DNA of 56,544 bases, the filler included, from Sphacelaria rigidula (taxonomy: Eukaryota): NCBI GenBank assembly GCA_964200075.2. It is 6 parts of 6 records of this genome, joined end to end, with 100 filler letters (N's around TTAATTAATTAA, not from the genome) between each part and the next. Parts side by side here need not be neighbours in the genome. Positions count along the whole stretch, not along the records: positions 9,442 to 18,782 come from CAXNAA020008712.1; positions 18,883 to 28,223 come from CAXNAA020008713.1; 4 more parts are not named here. One strand, 5' to 3'. Numbering within the stretch: the stretch's first letter is position 1; every line of letters begins with the position of its first letter. The translations under genes and the position numbers were made by a program. The notes beneath the pieces are model-generated. The model ran no database searches. It worked only from the letters and a program-made list of their open reading frames with translations, and had not been told where the DNA came from. This document shows, one piece after another, positions 12,450 to 24,900 of the stretch.

Positions 12450-14510
12450 GTCCGATCTGTTTTAGGTCATTGGTGAAATAACAAGCAAGCCCGCCAAGGC
12501 ATTTTATCACTCCGATAACCAAGTTCATGCTAATCACACGCGTCCCAGTCTATCAGCGAAAGCCAGCAACGTACAGCCGATTTCGTCGCGGTAACGATAG
12601 TTTCCCGCGAAAACCATACGTTGATAAAAAAACCAAAAATAATGATACGGACAATTTAACCCGTTTGACGTGAGTTAATTGTCGGTACATGTTTGTGAGA
12701 ACAGCGACTTGCTTGGGACGTCTGGTTGATGATCCAGTCGTACAATATTTTGTTTTTTTTCTCACACGACGATACGAAAACAACCGACCGGTTTGTGAGG
12801 TCAGGTGTCCGTGCGTCAAAAGAAACATAGTGGACGATACACAACCTTTGGTCCTACTACGTAGTTCCGAGGCGGATCGCTCAGCACGTTTCTGAACCAC
12901 GACAAATACACTGGACAGAGGGCCAACGCAGCCCACTCCGTACCGTATTGCCCGTTCGGACTAAAGCGAGACTGGCCCGAACACAAAACTGGAGTAAAAA
13001 CCCACAGCCGGTCGTACCGTCACGTTACTTCGCCCAATAATCCCTGATAAAAACGAAACACCACCGACCGATTTTAGGGGCGGGTAATTGTACGCAAAAA
13101 ACTGGTAACAAGTGACAGAAAAAATAGCGAGTGGCGAACTCTGAGCCTGAAGGCTCTACCAATGGTCGAATATCGACACGGCGGAACGGACAGTTCCGAG
13201 AGAGCAATCTACCTTACCATGATACGAAATGGTGCTGTATGAGGAGACGTTTGCGATCTTACTGCGAATCTAATAACAACTCTTCAACACCGCTATGTAC
13301 GACGCGGCCAGTGGTGGCCTCGTTGTAACTTACCAATCACCAAAGTATAAATCATCGCGTCGCATTACCCGTGACCCTCCTATTAACGAGGTCGGTTACA
13401 TGCGGCAGGACTCGAAAACAAAAGTAGGCCAAGTGTTCTAGACTCGAGGGCCAGGAACGTTGGAACACACGTGGCGAAATTCCCAACATAGACGCAGAAA
13501 CCAAAACCAAAATAAATACAAAACCAGGGGCACGCTGGTCACCAGCGAAAACGAAAATCCGCAACATCAAGCAGAAAAATAACACGTGGCAACCGTCCTT
13601 GTGAACGGGAGCGGTTATCGTGTGTATGAAGCCAGCAGAGTCAAAATTTTCAATCAAGAGGTCAAAACATTTCAGGCACCGGCTTCGGCTACTATCGCCC
13701 ATGTTAATGCAAAACTCAGCGTGGTACGCACACAAAAAGGGGACACGTCACAACCGATCCCGAAGAGGGAGGCGGTATGCGTGTACGGAGCAGTTGGGCA
13801 AGAGCGCAAGTATACCAGACGGGGGCGTCAGGTATATCTAGCGCTCGCTCCTGAAGTTCTCGACCGAAAAATAAAAAAAATAAAACATCTACAACATATT
13901 ACACAAAAAAAGGACACGTCATGACCGGTCCCGAAGAGGGAGGCGGCACTCGCGTGCGGAGCGATGGAACAAGAGCGCAAATATTCCAGACGTGGGCGTC
14001 AGGTATGGCTAGCGCTTGCTCCGGAAACGTTTCCATCAAAACAAAAGTGAAAAGTAAAGACCATGTAATAAACAAAGCAAGACAAGATGTGCGTACAATG
14101 AGAAAAAAAAAGAAGAAAGAAATAACTCGTGGCAACTGTTCCAGTAGACGGAATGGTTGTGAATGTACGGTGCGGAGAACGGAGGTGCAAGGTTCCAGAC
14201 TCGAGGTCAGGAATGGAACGGTCATCACTTGTACTTTGTCAGATGAACCCAGACAAGAAAATTACCCATTGAACACAAAAAATCGAAAACAAAGCACGAG
14301 GCGAAAAGAGAAGAAAATAAGAGAAGAAAAACAACAAACAAAAACGAAGACAAGGACAAATAAAAATAAATGACGCTAGGCAAAAAAACCGAAACAAAAA
14401 ATCAGGTCCAAAGCAACAAAAAATAATCCATAACACAAAAAAGAAGAAATACAAAAACAAAAGACCAAGTACCAAATACGACACACAACATCAACCACTA
14501 CAAGTACGGG
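12450..14510 (-). mobile_element. Probable 3' UTR and 3' LTR of the contig 2 Gypsy element (boundaries uncertain)
   Basis: Non-coding region downstream of integrase with internal duplications; PPT-like AATAGGAGGG on the minus strand at ~13375-13384. Confidence 0.35.
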
Positions 14511-14511
14511 G

Positions 14512-17500
14512 CTAATCAGTACGAAAACAAAGTGGGGGGGGGGGGGGGGGGAACACATGGTTTTCCAACGACGCTACGGTGCAAGACAAACGACTTGGAC
14601 GCGGTACACTACGCAAGGTGAATGGGGAAGCAGAGTCGGATGCGGCATCATGAGTCATCTGCCTCCCAAGCGGTGTCCGTGTTCCGTAGAACGGCTGTTT
14701 CCAGTTCGCCTTGGTCGTGTCGTTGGAGGCACCAGGATCCCCCCCGAGCGGTTGGCTCCTCGGTGTAGTACGCATCATCCAAGCAAATCTTAAGGGGGCT
14801 CAGGTCATCAAGGAAATGGATAAAATAGGAGTGGTCAGACGCAGGATCGACCAAATGAATTTTACCCAACCACCACAGTGAATCCAAGGCCTTATACCAA
14901 AAATACGCCCCTTTCGGCAATCGTTTTCCGTGAAAACATTGCATGCATCGTGAACGCGAAGGAAGACTATAGCCTGTCACAACGAACCGCGCTGAGTGTT
15001 CACGTGCCAGTTCCCGAGCGGCAGCTCCCTTGCGCATCGACCGATATCTTTTATTCAACGGGTGGCTCCCTTGCGCATCGATCGATATCTCTTATTCAAC
15101 GGGCGGTGTTGGACGGTATCTCCTACCCAGTACAGCAATATTTTCCAACGAAAATGACGCAAATCAACCTCACGCTCCCATGTAACACGCATGATACCCT
15201 TCCAATGTGTTTGATACATTACCTCTATCTTACCTCCACGACCGCGAACCAGTTGATGACCCGAAATCCCATCTACCTCAACGCGTTCCAGGGGTGCGTC
15301 CGCATCCTCGACCGTCATATGAATCGGCGGAGTTTTGATCGCATACTCGGTCAACACATACTGGCTAAGCCCTACCGGCAGTTGTTTGGGCATGTCGGAG
15401 GAGTCATGAGGGGGGATACACGGTTTGCATCGTAGCATCGCGACGCGATTTTTCGGTTTCAAACCAGGTTCATTCGCGGAAAAATCTAAATACAAAAGTT
15501 TCGCTCCCACCGGACTCTTGTCGGGTGCGGTAGTGCTTGAACCAACAGCTAAAATTCCCCAAGGGTCAGTCCAATTCAAGGATAGTTTCGCCTTCAACAC
15601 TTTATTCAAAGACGATGATTTCGAGCTAGCCCCTTGATTGATGGTCTTCACATCATTATACACCCATGCCCATTGGCGTACCTTCCACACCAGGCGGTTA
15701 TGCACCACAGCATTCAACATCGAATTCGCCCTGGCCACCTTGGCCAAATTGATTTGGTTCTGCTCTCGTACCACTTCATATGCAAGACGAAGACGATTGA
15801 TAACCCACAAATGATACTCTGCAACATCACGATCCAGACTCTGATGTCCACCTGCATGTTTGCGTTCGAATACCGTCAAAGGTAACCGAGGCATGCGTCC
15901 AATATGAATTTCATTCGGCGACAATCCCGTAGCGGCATTGATTGAATTGTTGTAGTTCATTTGGACAAGGGGCAGGTGCAGATCCCAGTCCATCTGTCTC
16001 TCATTTGCTACAGCAGCAAGCTTCTGTGCCATCGTATGGTTCACTCGTTCCGTTCCACCATTGGTAAAAGGGTGATATGAACTAGTAAAAATGCGATGGG
16101 CACCCAAAAGAGCACTGACGGCGGCTGAAAATTTGCCTGAAAAATGTGGACCGTTGTCAGACAGTAAGCGTTTAGGCACACCCCACAGTGGAATGTACAT
16201 GTAGACAAGAATGTTGGCGGTACCTTCCGCGGTATAACTACTGGGGGTCGACGGCGTGAATCACCGCATGTCGACTAAATCTATCCGTAAACAAGAAAAT
16301 ACACATATTTCCACTATCCGTCAGGGGCAAAGGACCAAAATGGTCCCACGAAACTACCTCACCAGGCCCGTTTGGGAGTGGCATGGAAACAATCGGCCAA
16401 CGAACTGTTTGACGAGAAGTTTTTCGCGCCTGACATAAAGACAACGCCTCACCCACCAACGAAAACACTGATCCATACAAATCCACGAATAAAAACGTTG
16501 CAACATATGGGAGGTCCTAATGGCGCCTAGATGAGTCGATGCCTGTGAATGGCATTCGTGTGGAATCCATGGGCGCAGTAGCATCGGGACATAGATGCGG
16601 ATGGGTTCATCACCTAGCAAGCGGGCATGTCGACTTGTAGGCTTCCCCCTGGGGAGGGCTGCTGTGGACCCGCGAACTAACAGAACTATACCATCATCAT
16701 CCGTATGTAGCATACCTTTCCTTGAAAGTTCAGTGACTTCATCCTGTGTGGGTGCTTTGAGATTCCCGACTGGCAAAAGGAATTCGGTTTCTGAGAATGG
16801 ACATGGACAACCTTTAGATAGATCATGGATAGCTGATTTACAAGCAGGTTCTGCCTGTTGTTCCCGGGCCCAATCGGCGTGGGAGAAGAGAGTCAAACGT
16901 TCCTTGAATACACCATCATCTGTTGAAGTGTCGACTTCGTGTGGGGTCGGTTCGGGGCGGGGTTGGCACGAGGCGGTGATTTCGGAATCAAGGTTGAGCC
17001 TACCAGTTGGTGTACTCTCAGACGGAACGTTAACGTCTACTCCTGCGTCGATTAGCGTGGAGGGTGTTGAGGCGGTGTTTGCAATATCATCACCACGGGA
17101 GGGGGGCACAGCCGTGGTTTCGGCTATGGTTGGCAGGGGCGGCACGGTCGGGGTCGATTTTCTGGGGGCCTTGCGTCGCGGAGGCTGCGGGGGCGCAAGG
17201 AAATTATCGGGGACCGGGGTGGGGGTAGGGAGGGGAAGGTCAGGACCAGATACGGCTAATTTGGTGGCCGTTTCGGCGGTTCGCCGTTCACGAGTCCTGC
17301 TCGAAATTAAATCTCGAACTTGAACTGGTAAGACGGAGTCAGCAAAGGACGGTTCTACACCTGCTGCGAAAACCATGCGCTGGCCAGTTGCACGAAAATA
17401 ATCATGGCCAACAGTATTCGTAGATAGTCCATTCCAAACTGAGTACAGCGATTGAGGTTGCAAGCTGCCTAGAACTGATGCGTGGGCTGTGGTCGTCAGC

Positions 17501-18782
17501 CCACCCATGCCTAAAGCCGGCGTTTCTCTCAGTGAAAGTGGTATGTAGAGACCTTTATGTCCATTCCTGCTTATGAAATATACAATGTCTTCGGTGGGAT
17601 CGGTGATACGTCCAATGGGGGATTCATCGATAGGTTGAGCTGGTGTGGACGAGCGTGACAGGAAGTCGGCGTTTGCATTCTGGGGACCTGTGCGGTACTT
17701 CAGTTGAAAGTTGTAAGACGACAGGATTTCGAACCAGCGTTGGACCCTAGCGTTGTGTTCCGCCATTTTGGCAAGGCTTTCCAAAAACTTGTGATCGGTA
17801 TAGATCACAAACGGGATGTCATACAAATACTGACGCAGACGTCGCACGCCCCAAACAACTGCGCCGGCCTCTTGTTCCATGACAGACCAATTCTGTTCAT
17901 TCGGAAAAGTGGTGCGACTCAGATGGACAATGGGACGGACAGTAGCATCGACTTGCTCCTCTTCTAATGTGCAGCCAAACCCAATTTTGGAAGAATCTGT
18001 GTGGGGCCGGAAAGGGCGGGAACCCTGCTCCGCGGCCGACCAGTCGGGGAAGACGAGAATCGGCGGGCGCGAAAGGGTGTCGAGGAGGCGGCGGACGGTT
18101 TTTTCCATTTTCAATGTGAACACAAGTTTCACCCCTTTTTTGAGGAGGGTGGTGAGGGGTTTTAGCGTTTGGACAAGGTTTGGCAAGTACTGTCTGTAGC
18201 AGCTTAGACCTCCCAACAAGGAACGCAGTTGAGAAATGTCCCGTGGCATGGGCATATCGGAGAGTGCGGCGACCTTGTCGAGGTCTGGGCTGCGACCTTC
18301 GGGGGTGATGCAATGACCCAAGAACTCAATCTTCGTGGCGCCAATGCGGGATTTGGAGGGTGCGAGTTTCAAGTTGTGCTGTTCAAACCGATTGAAGAAT
18401 GATGCCAACTGTTCGACGTGTTCAGCCGGTGTGGAGTCGTGGCACACCGTATCATCAAGGTACATATGGCATCTGGGCAATCCATCAGTTACACGGAACA
18501 TTACACGTTGAAACGCACCTGGAGCTTCGGCGGCACCTTGTGGTGTAAGCAACCACTCGTACAAACCTGATGGCGTGCAAAACGCTGTCAGTTCAATGGA
18601 ATTTGGATCCATCACGAGCTGGTGGTAGCCGGACTGCATGTCAAAGTTCGGAAATACTTTACCCCCGCCAAGAGAGTCAATAATTTCATCAATCCGTGGA
18701 AGTGGCAGCCGGGCGATTTTGGTGACAGCGTTCAATCGTTGGTAATTGAGACACTTTCTACGATAGCCCCCCCCCCCCAAAA
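14512..18782 (-). mobile_element. pol: Ty3/Gypsy LTR retrotransposon pol (RT-RNase H-integrase-chromodomain-Tudor-like), frameshifted, 5'-truncated
   Basis: RT LPRIDE, FDMQSGYHQ, YLDD; RNase H TDSS, EAGAVVWG, YTDH, NANADFLSR; integrase H-H-C-C remnant, DHFGPLP, SDNG, YHP.TNG.TERVN; split over ORFs 16354-18780, 16238-16486, 15055-16200, 14648-15058. Confidence 0.93.
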
Positions 18783-18882
18783 NNNNNNNNNNNNNNNNNN
18801 NNNNNNNNNNNNNNNNNNNNNNNNNNTTAATTAATTAANNNNNNNNNNNNNNNNNNNNNNNNNNNNNNNNNNNNNNNNNNNN
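18783..18882. other. Artificial contig linker
   Basis: N44-TTAATTAATTAA-N44. Confidence 0.97.
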
Positions 18883-21800
18883 GAAAATGGGTGACCGGCT
18901 TGGCTGGGCGAGCGCCCCACCGCCAACAAAAAAGTGATCGGGGGATCTGGCCCCCCCCCCCCCCCCCCTATAGGGTACGGCGCGGTCTTCCGGCGGCTTC
19001 CAGAACTCAGCCGCCTCACTAGTATTTTCATGACATCGACTTTTTTTTGAGTCGTGCTCAACTTGTACCTATCGTTCGAGAAAGGAATACACCCTTGCTT
19101 TTGAGTCCAACAACGTACTCTTGACACGCTGACCAACTGACAGAGGTCTAACTACGCCTGGGAGCCTAATTACGAGGATCCAGAGTGTCCCTAGTCCCCC
19201 TATAGCGTCCCATCCCCAACCCCGCCAATTTGCGCCAATACCAAAACATTGGGCATAATGAAGTTTTGTACTTACTTTCTACTCCCTCGATTTTTCAAGA
19301 GTTATTTTCGTATTACGCTAGGACAATATTTCAGTAGGCCTTGGGTTGTCGATGCTGTCTTCATTTGATCTTACATTATTTTCGCGTTCAGAGCGTGCAA
19401 CATTCCCATACTAACGCACAGACAGTCATACTATCTCAACCGGTGTTGACCAAAGGTCATTCTCCATGACTTCACAGTCCACAGAGGTGTCCCGCACCAA
19501 ACTGTGCCTGCAGAGACGCTCGAGTCGTGCAAGTAGAGCAAATCTACGATCGACCTTGGAAGTCTCAAATCAGAGTCTTGGCCTTCAGCATGGGGACTTC
19601 CAACCATCCGCGACGACACCAAGCATGACTCAATGCCGGCCGCTCATCGCGCCCACCTCTTTACCCCCCCCCTCGCACCCCCCGTACCACGGCCAACTAA
19701 AATCTCAGCTCCTTTGCTACGAACGTGACACGGCCAATTAAAATCTCAGCAGTATGCAGCAGAAGTACTCATGAGAAGAACCACCCTTCATCACCTTCGA
19801 TCACCTCTCTATAAATTCATCAAATAGTTGAGGTACGTGTACCACGCAAGCTGGTCGCGAAATCATATGCTTGAGGCTAATACTTGACATATTATGTTGA
19901 ACATGATGTTCAAACATAACCCCGATCTCAACCGAAGGCATATCGATGACCCTATCGGGCAAGGAAGGTACATAGAATACAGTACCGCGGGCCCAAGGCT
20001 CTGAGCAAACTGTACGTTGGCAGAGCTCAAATCCTCCCCATGTCTGCAGATATGAGCAAAGACGCGCCTCGGGCATGCTTGCGAGCACCAGGGACTGTCA
20101 CTCCCTGAAAAATCCGAACATGATACTGTAGCCCACACGCAAATCAAGTATTCGTTCAACCATTGCATTTGCGGACCAGCTCGTATTAACTCTACCAGTC
20201 AAATGAATTCGAGTGAGATTTCGATATATACCCACAGCGGGACACTCGGGAGAGAACCCCAGACCGTCTCCAAAAGCACATCAAACGTGGAGCCTTTGCT
20301 TTCTACTGTAGTTCTCAAGACACGACCTCATCGAGTTTTGATTCATCACCCACGCACCGCGCCACAAAACAAAACAAACAAAGCCAAAGCATCTCGAATA
20401 GGGTTCTCACCCGGAATAGTGGCATTAATGAAGGCGAACGTCCTTCTTGAAAGGTTAGTAAAAACAAAGGCCGTCAATCAAACCTGATTTCCCGCTGCTG
20501 ACACCTCGCTCTCATCTCCAGGAAGTGGGATATACACTTGGCATCACTCATACATATAACATGATTCTAAAATCCAGAATCGAGAAATAGTAAAGCACAA
20601 ATACATTTCATAAAAGGGTACAAATACTTCTTTTCTTTTTCGTTTTTTCTCCTTACTAGAAACAGGAAATCACGTCGTAAATTTTTCTTGATAACGACTG
20701 CATTTATTTGCTCTCAGCAACAACAGAATCAATGAAAAGCTTACAAAACCAAGATAAACCCATCCACACACTACTTCAGTAATGGTAACATAAACAGGGC
20801 ACTGCTGCATGCTGGATTTTTCCGTGAGCCAACCATTGCATAGCTCAAAACACAACATCAGCACCAAATTTTGCACAAAAACAAATCGTTTGCATTTGGA
20901 TTATAAATGAAAGTCAACGAAAGTTGAATGCACAACCCGCACTACTCCAGAGCATGAACATAACATTTTCCCGTGAGTTTCGAAAAGATTATACCGCTTA
21001 CGATTGTACAAGTGTGGCGAGCCTTGACACATCCAGGACGCCGCTATTAAATCAACTCAACACGTGGCGATTGATGCACACGCCCCCATATACTGTTCAA
21101 CACAAACGCATACAGCAAGAGTTATGCCCCCGGGGAATGGAGTTAAGTTTTGCCACACGACGGAATAGAGGAGCGAAGGGTATCCGACTGTTCTCTTACC
21201 ATCGTGTACATGTAACCCAGCTTACGAATCACTCCAAGCCAAGCAAAAAACGCTCCATATGTGCCAACGTATCGTCACAGAACATCACCAGCCCTTTGGG
21301 AACCCAGTTCGATTTTTCTTGTTGTGAATCGGCATTATTTTGACTCGAAAATGATTGCAAAATATGCCGATTCACAAACAACAAAAATTGCCGGTGGGTC
21401 CCAAAGGGTTTATAGCACAAAAAAACAAAAAAAACACGAAGGAATTCTTCCACGACAACTTCTTTCACCACAGCCGTGGCACAACCTCCTGTTCCGCATT
21501 CTTCCCACCATCATCCGGAAATCACGAACGAACCTCACACCACATCACTCTTCACCGCCCCTTTCCATGGCATAACTCCCTTGGGGGTAGTGTGGACAGC
21601 TGAACAGACGTCGAAATGTTAATATCTGAAACCTGCTCCTACTCCTCCTCTGTACACAGAAGGCACGTTCCATCTCTTCTGGGGACGCTCCCTCGCCCCC
21701 TTCCGCTTCGTGCCTACCTCCCTCCCTCCCTCGCCACATCCATACGTTTGACGGTTTCCTTGTTCCCGTGCGTGAGGCCAAAAACATGGATACGTTCATC

Positions 21801-21970
21801 CGGAGGGGATACCGAGACAGAAGGCCCTTTTAGGACGAGCATTCTCCACCTCGGTTTCACGTGTTGGCTTGCGCGATGAGCCATCACCATCTAGCAACAG
21901 GGCAGCACGATATAACAACCAAGGTGTAACGGCCAATTAACCAATAGGAGAATATCCGCGCGCAGTTCCA

Positions 21971-24900
21971 TCATTCTCCCACGGTCCCGAACGCGGAAAC
22001 GACGTCAGCTGCCAAGGCCGATACTTTTCCAGCGAAATCCCGTACAGACATGGACGACGAACTGCTGCTGGCCTGGCCGCTGTTCTTTGCCCCACCTCCC
22101 GTTCCGCTACCGCTGCCGCCCGCTACGTTCAATATCCTGAACGCAGATCGCGAAAACCCTGTTGCCGGGATTTTTTTACCGGCGACACGATGAGTGTGAT
22201 CATCATCGACGATAACGCCGTCTTGTTCGCCCTCCCGAGGGCTCCCGAATCCTGCTGCCGCGTCCGCCGACGCAGCCGACGCACCCACTGGCTGGACAAC
22301 TCGCCTCCTCGACGACGCCGCAGGTGCAGACGTCTCCGCAGCTTTTGCGTCATCAGCGACCGCAGCGACAATGTCTACAGTTGGAGCAGTACAAGACGCT
22401 TCCTTACGGGACCCCGCGCTACTACCGTGGCTGCTGCCCATCGATGGAACTGTTGCTTCGGTTGTTTTCCGGTCGCTACTGTTGGCTACCCCGAGCGTGA
22501 GTTTCTCCTGCTGCTGGTGCTGGTGTTGCTGCGCAGGTCGAGCCGGAGACGGCGGCGACGACGAGGACGATGGCACAACGTCGGTCCTCGCGACGGGCCT
22601 GGTACTAGGACAATCGGAGACCTTCTCACGACTGACGGTGTTACCTGTGGAACCACCAACACTGTCGCTGCTGCTGGAAACCCCGGTGCCCAAAATCGGG
22701 AGACTCTTCACCTCGCCGACCCCCACAGCTGTCACTCCGTTGCTCCTTCCGTCGTCGCCATTTGCGGCTCCTCCTGCACGTGCACCATCACGGTAAAAAA
22801 ACGATCTCGGGGCCCTTGCGGGTGATACTGCGAATCCCCCCGTGCCAACCCTCTTTTGGCTCGAAGACGCGCCCGCCCGCCCCGTTATCTTTGCCATGTA
22901 CGTGTTCACAGCGATAGCTCGTGATGTCGGGGACACCAGGTTATCATCGCTGTCGATTTGGGCCGGTTTGCAACCGGGAGAAGATTGATTGCGGCGCGGG
23001 TAAGAAGCAGAATGGCGCCGCCGGCTGCCGCTGCCGCTGCCATTACTGTTACCGCTTCCGGCTTCAGTCCTCGGAGGGGTCATTGTTATCAGGCTGTCGC
23101 GGTGCTGCAATCGAGGTGCTCCCGGAAAAATTTTCGATGTTGTCGTTCGGTTTGTGTCGGCTTCGGATTCCCGTGTCCCCCCGTCTCTCCGCCTACTGGG
23201 AGAAAAAGGAGTTGTAGACATCGATGTTGCTGGCGGTGTCGAGTATCCATAGAGCGGGGCGTACTTGCGTCTGATGGGTCGGATACCTGAGTTGAGCCCG
23301 GGGATTGGGGAGACACAATCGATTGGGGGTGGGTGGGTTACTTCGCATTCACCTTGTGCTGGTGCCTTCCTTGTGTTCACGAGTTACGCAGTCGACAGCA
23401 ATGGCAAGTTTGAACGACAGCCGAGATGAACGCGTGGTCCACACAGCCCTCGGACAAGACATGGACTTTGTCTCGCAAAACAAAACAAATGGAATATTTT
23501 CCCCAACACCAACATGCAGCAGGATATGTATGCCTACGCATGTGTACGCGACAACATGATGTCATAAGATTCGCTCTGCTGTCTGCCATCGATACGTGCC
23601 CAATCACGAGTGACAAACTACGACTACAGGCTGCGTTCGGGCCCGCCCTATTTCGAACTGACTGCGGTGCAATGGCTATCCACATCACGAAATACGAGTA
23701 GGCAACTCATGAAGTAGGCGCCGCCGCACTAATAGCAAGTATCATTCATACCATCACTAGCCCTTGATATCGATGTCACAAGATCACCGCGAGCACCTAT
23801 GAAGTATCGTAGAGGGGTCATGATCCAAACAGGTAATACCGCTGCTGAAGTGTGATCGGGATTCATCCTCGCGCGGTGTGTCAAGATCCAAATCACCGTA
23901 CCGTATACAACACCATCAAACCCCACGTTTTACACACTCTAAGAGATCTTAGGTCCCTGTTTAGCTTGGCTATCCGAATCACCACCCCACCCCGTGGAAA
24001 ATATTCCCACCTTCATCAGCACTCCCGACTCGGCGGCGGCTGCCACGACTGCTGCGGGCGCTGCTGCTAGCCGGACCGCTCCCACAGACACCAAAGCCGG
24101 CACGATTGCTGCCGGCGCCGACGTCCACCGACTGTACGCTGAGCGAACGTATTTTCGCTCTGCTGAACATCATCACTCCGTAGCCATCCGGCCACGACGC
24201 GACTACCGAAGATGACCTGAAAAAAATTAGCCGAAAGAAAAATCCAAAACGGACGACCACACCAATTTATATACGTATATATCTGGTCGGCTATGGGCGT
24301 TTTTTTGTTTGGGTGCAACGGTGTTGACGATGACCTTATAGTTGGGTTCAATAGAACGATAAAACGCATACGACGCAGATGAAAAAAGAAAAAAAAATAT
24401 ATATTACCTCATTTTTTTATTACTAGAATCAGGTCAGGATATACCCTACGTTGGCCTTTTTTTCAAAATTCTTGCTGAGATTTCTTCTCACAAGTATTTG
24501 GGGAATTCGTGTTCAACATCCCACACCTAGCCCACACACGTCACAATACGATGGACTTCCCCCCAAGAACCCCCCCCCCCTTCACCGAACGGGTGGTGAG
24601 CTACAATTGGATCGTCGCTACGAGCTGGGCCAGCTTAAAAGCTGCTAAAAGTTGCTCACACCACAGCTTCCCCAGTTTTCCGAATGAGCCCGATATAAGC
24701 ATATCGCTGTACTGTGAAGTGCAGACCAACCTGGCAACACACGGCACCGCCGCTGAATGAAAAAAAAAAATACTGCATAATATATGACCTCAACGACGGA
24801 CGAAAAATATGTATATACATGTCGGAATTCAAACTCATGACCTCCATAATTAGAGTCTCCCATCACTTGCATTATAGAGGTGCAGGAGCGTCACGCAAAA

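Noticed and set aside
16595-17323. 242-aa plus-strand ORF
   Set aside because: Antisense shadow of GC-rich pol sequence; no independent motif
19800-21480. Several 80-140 aa ORFs downstream of the low-complexity gene
   Set aside because: No domain motifs or consistent splice chain; may be 3' UTR or intergenic
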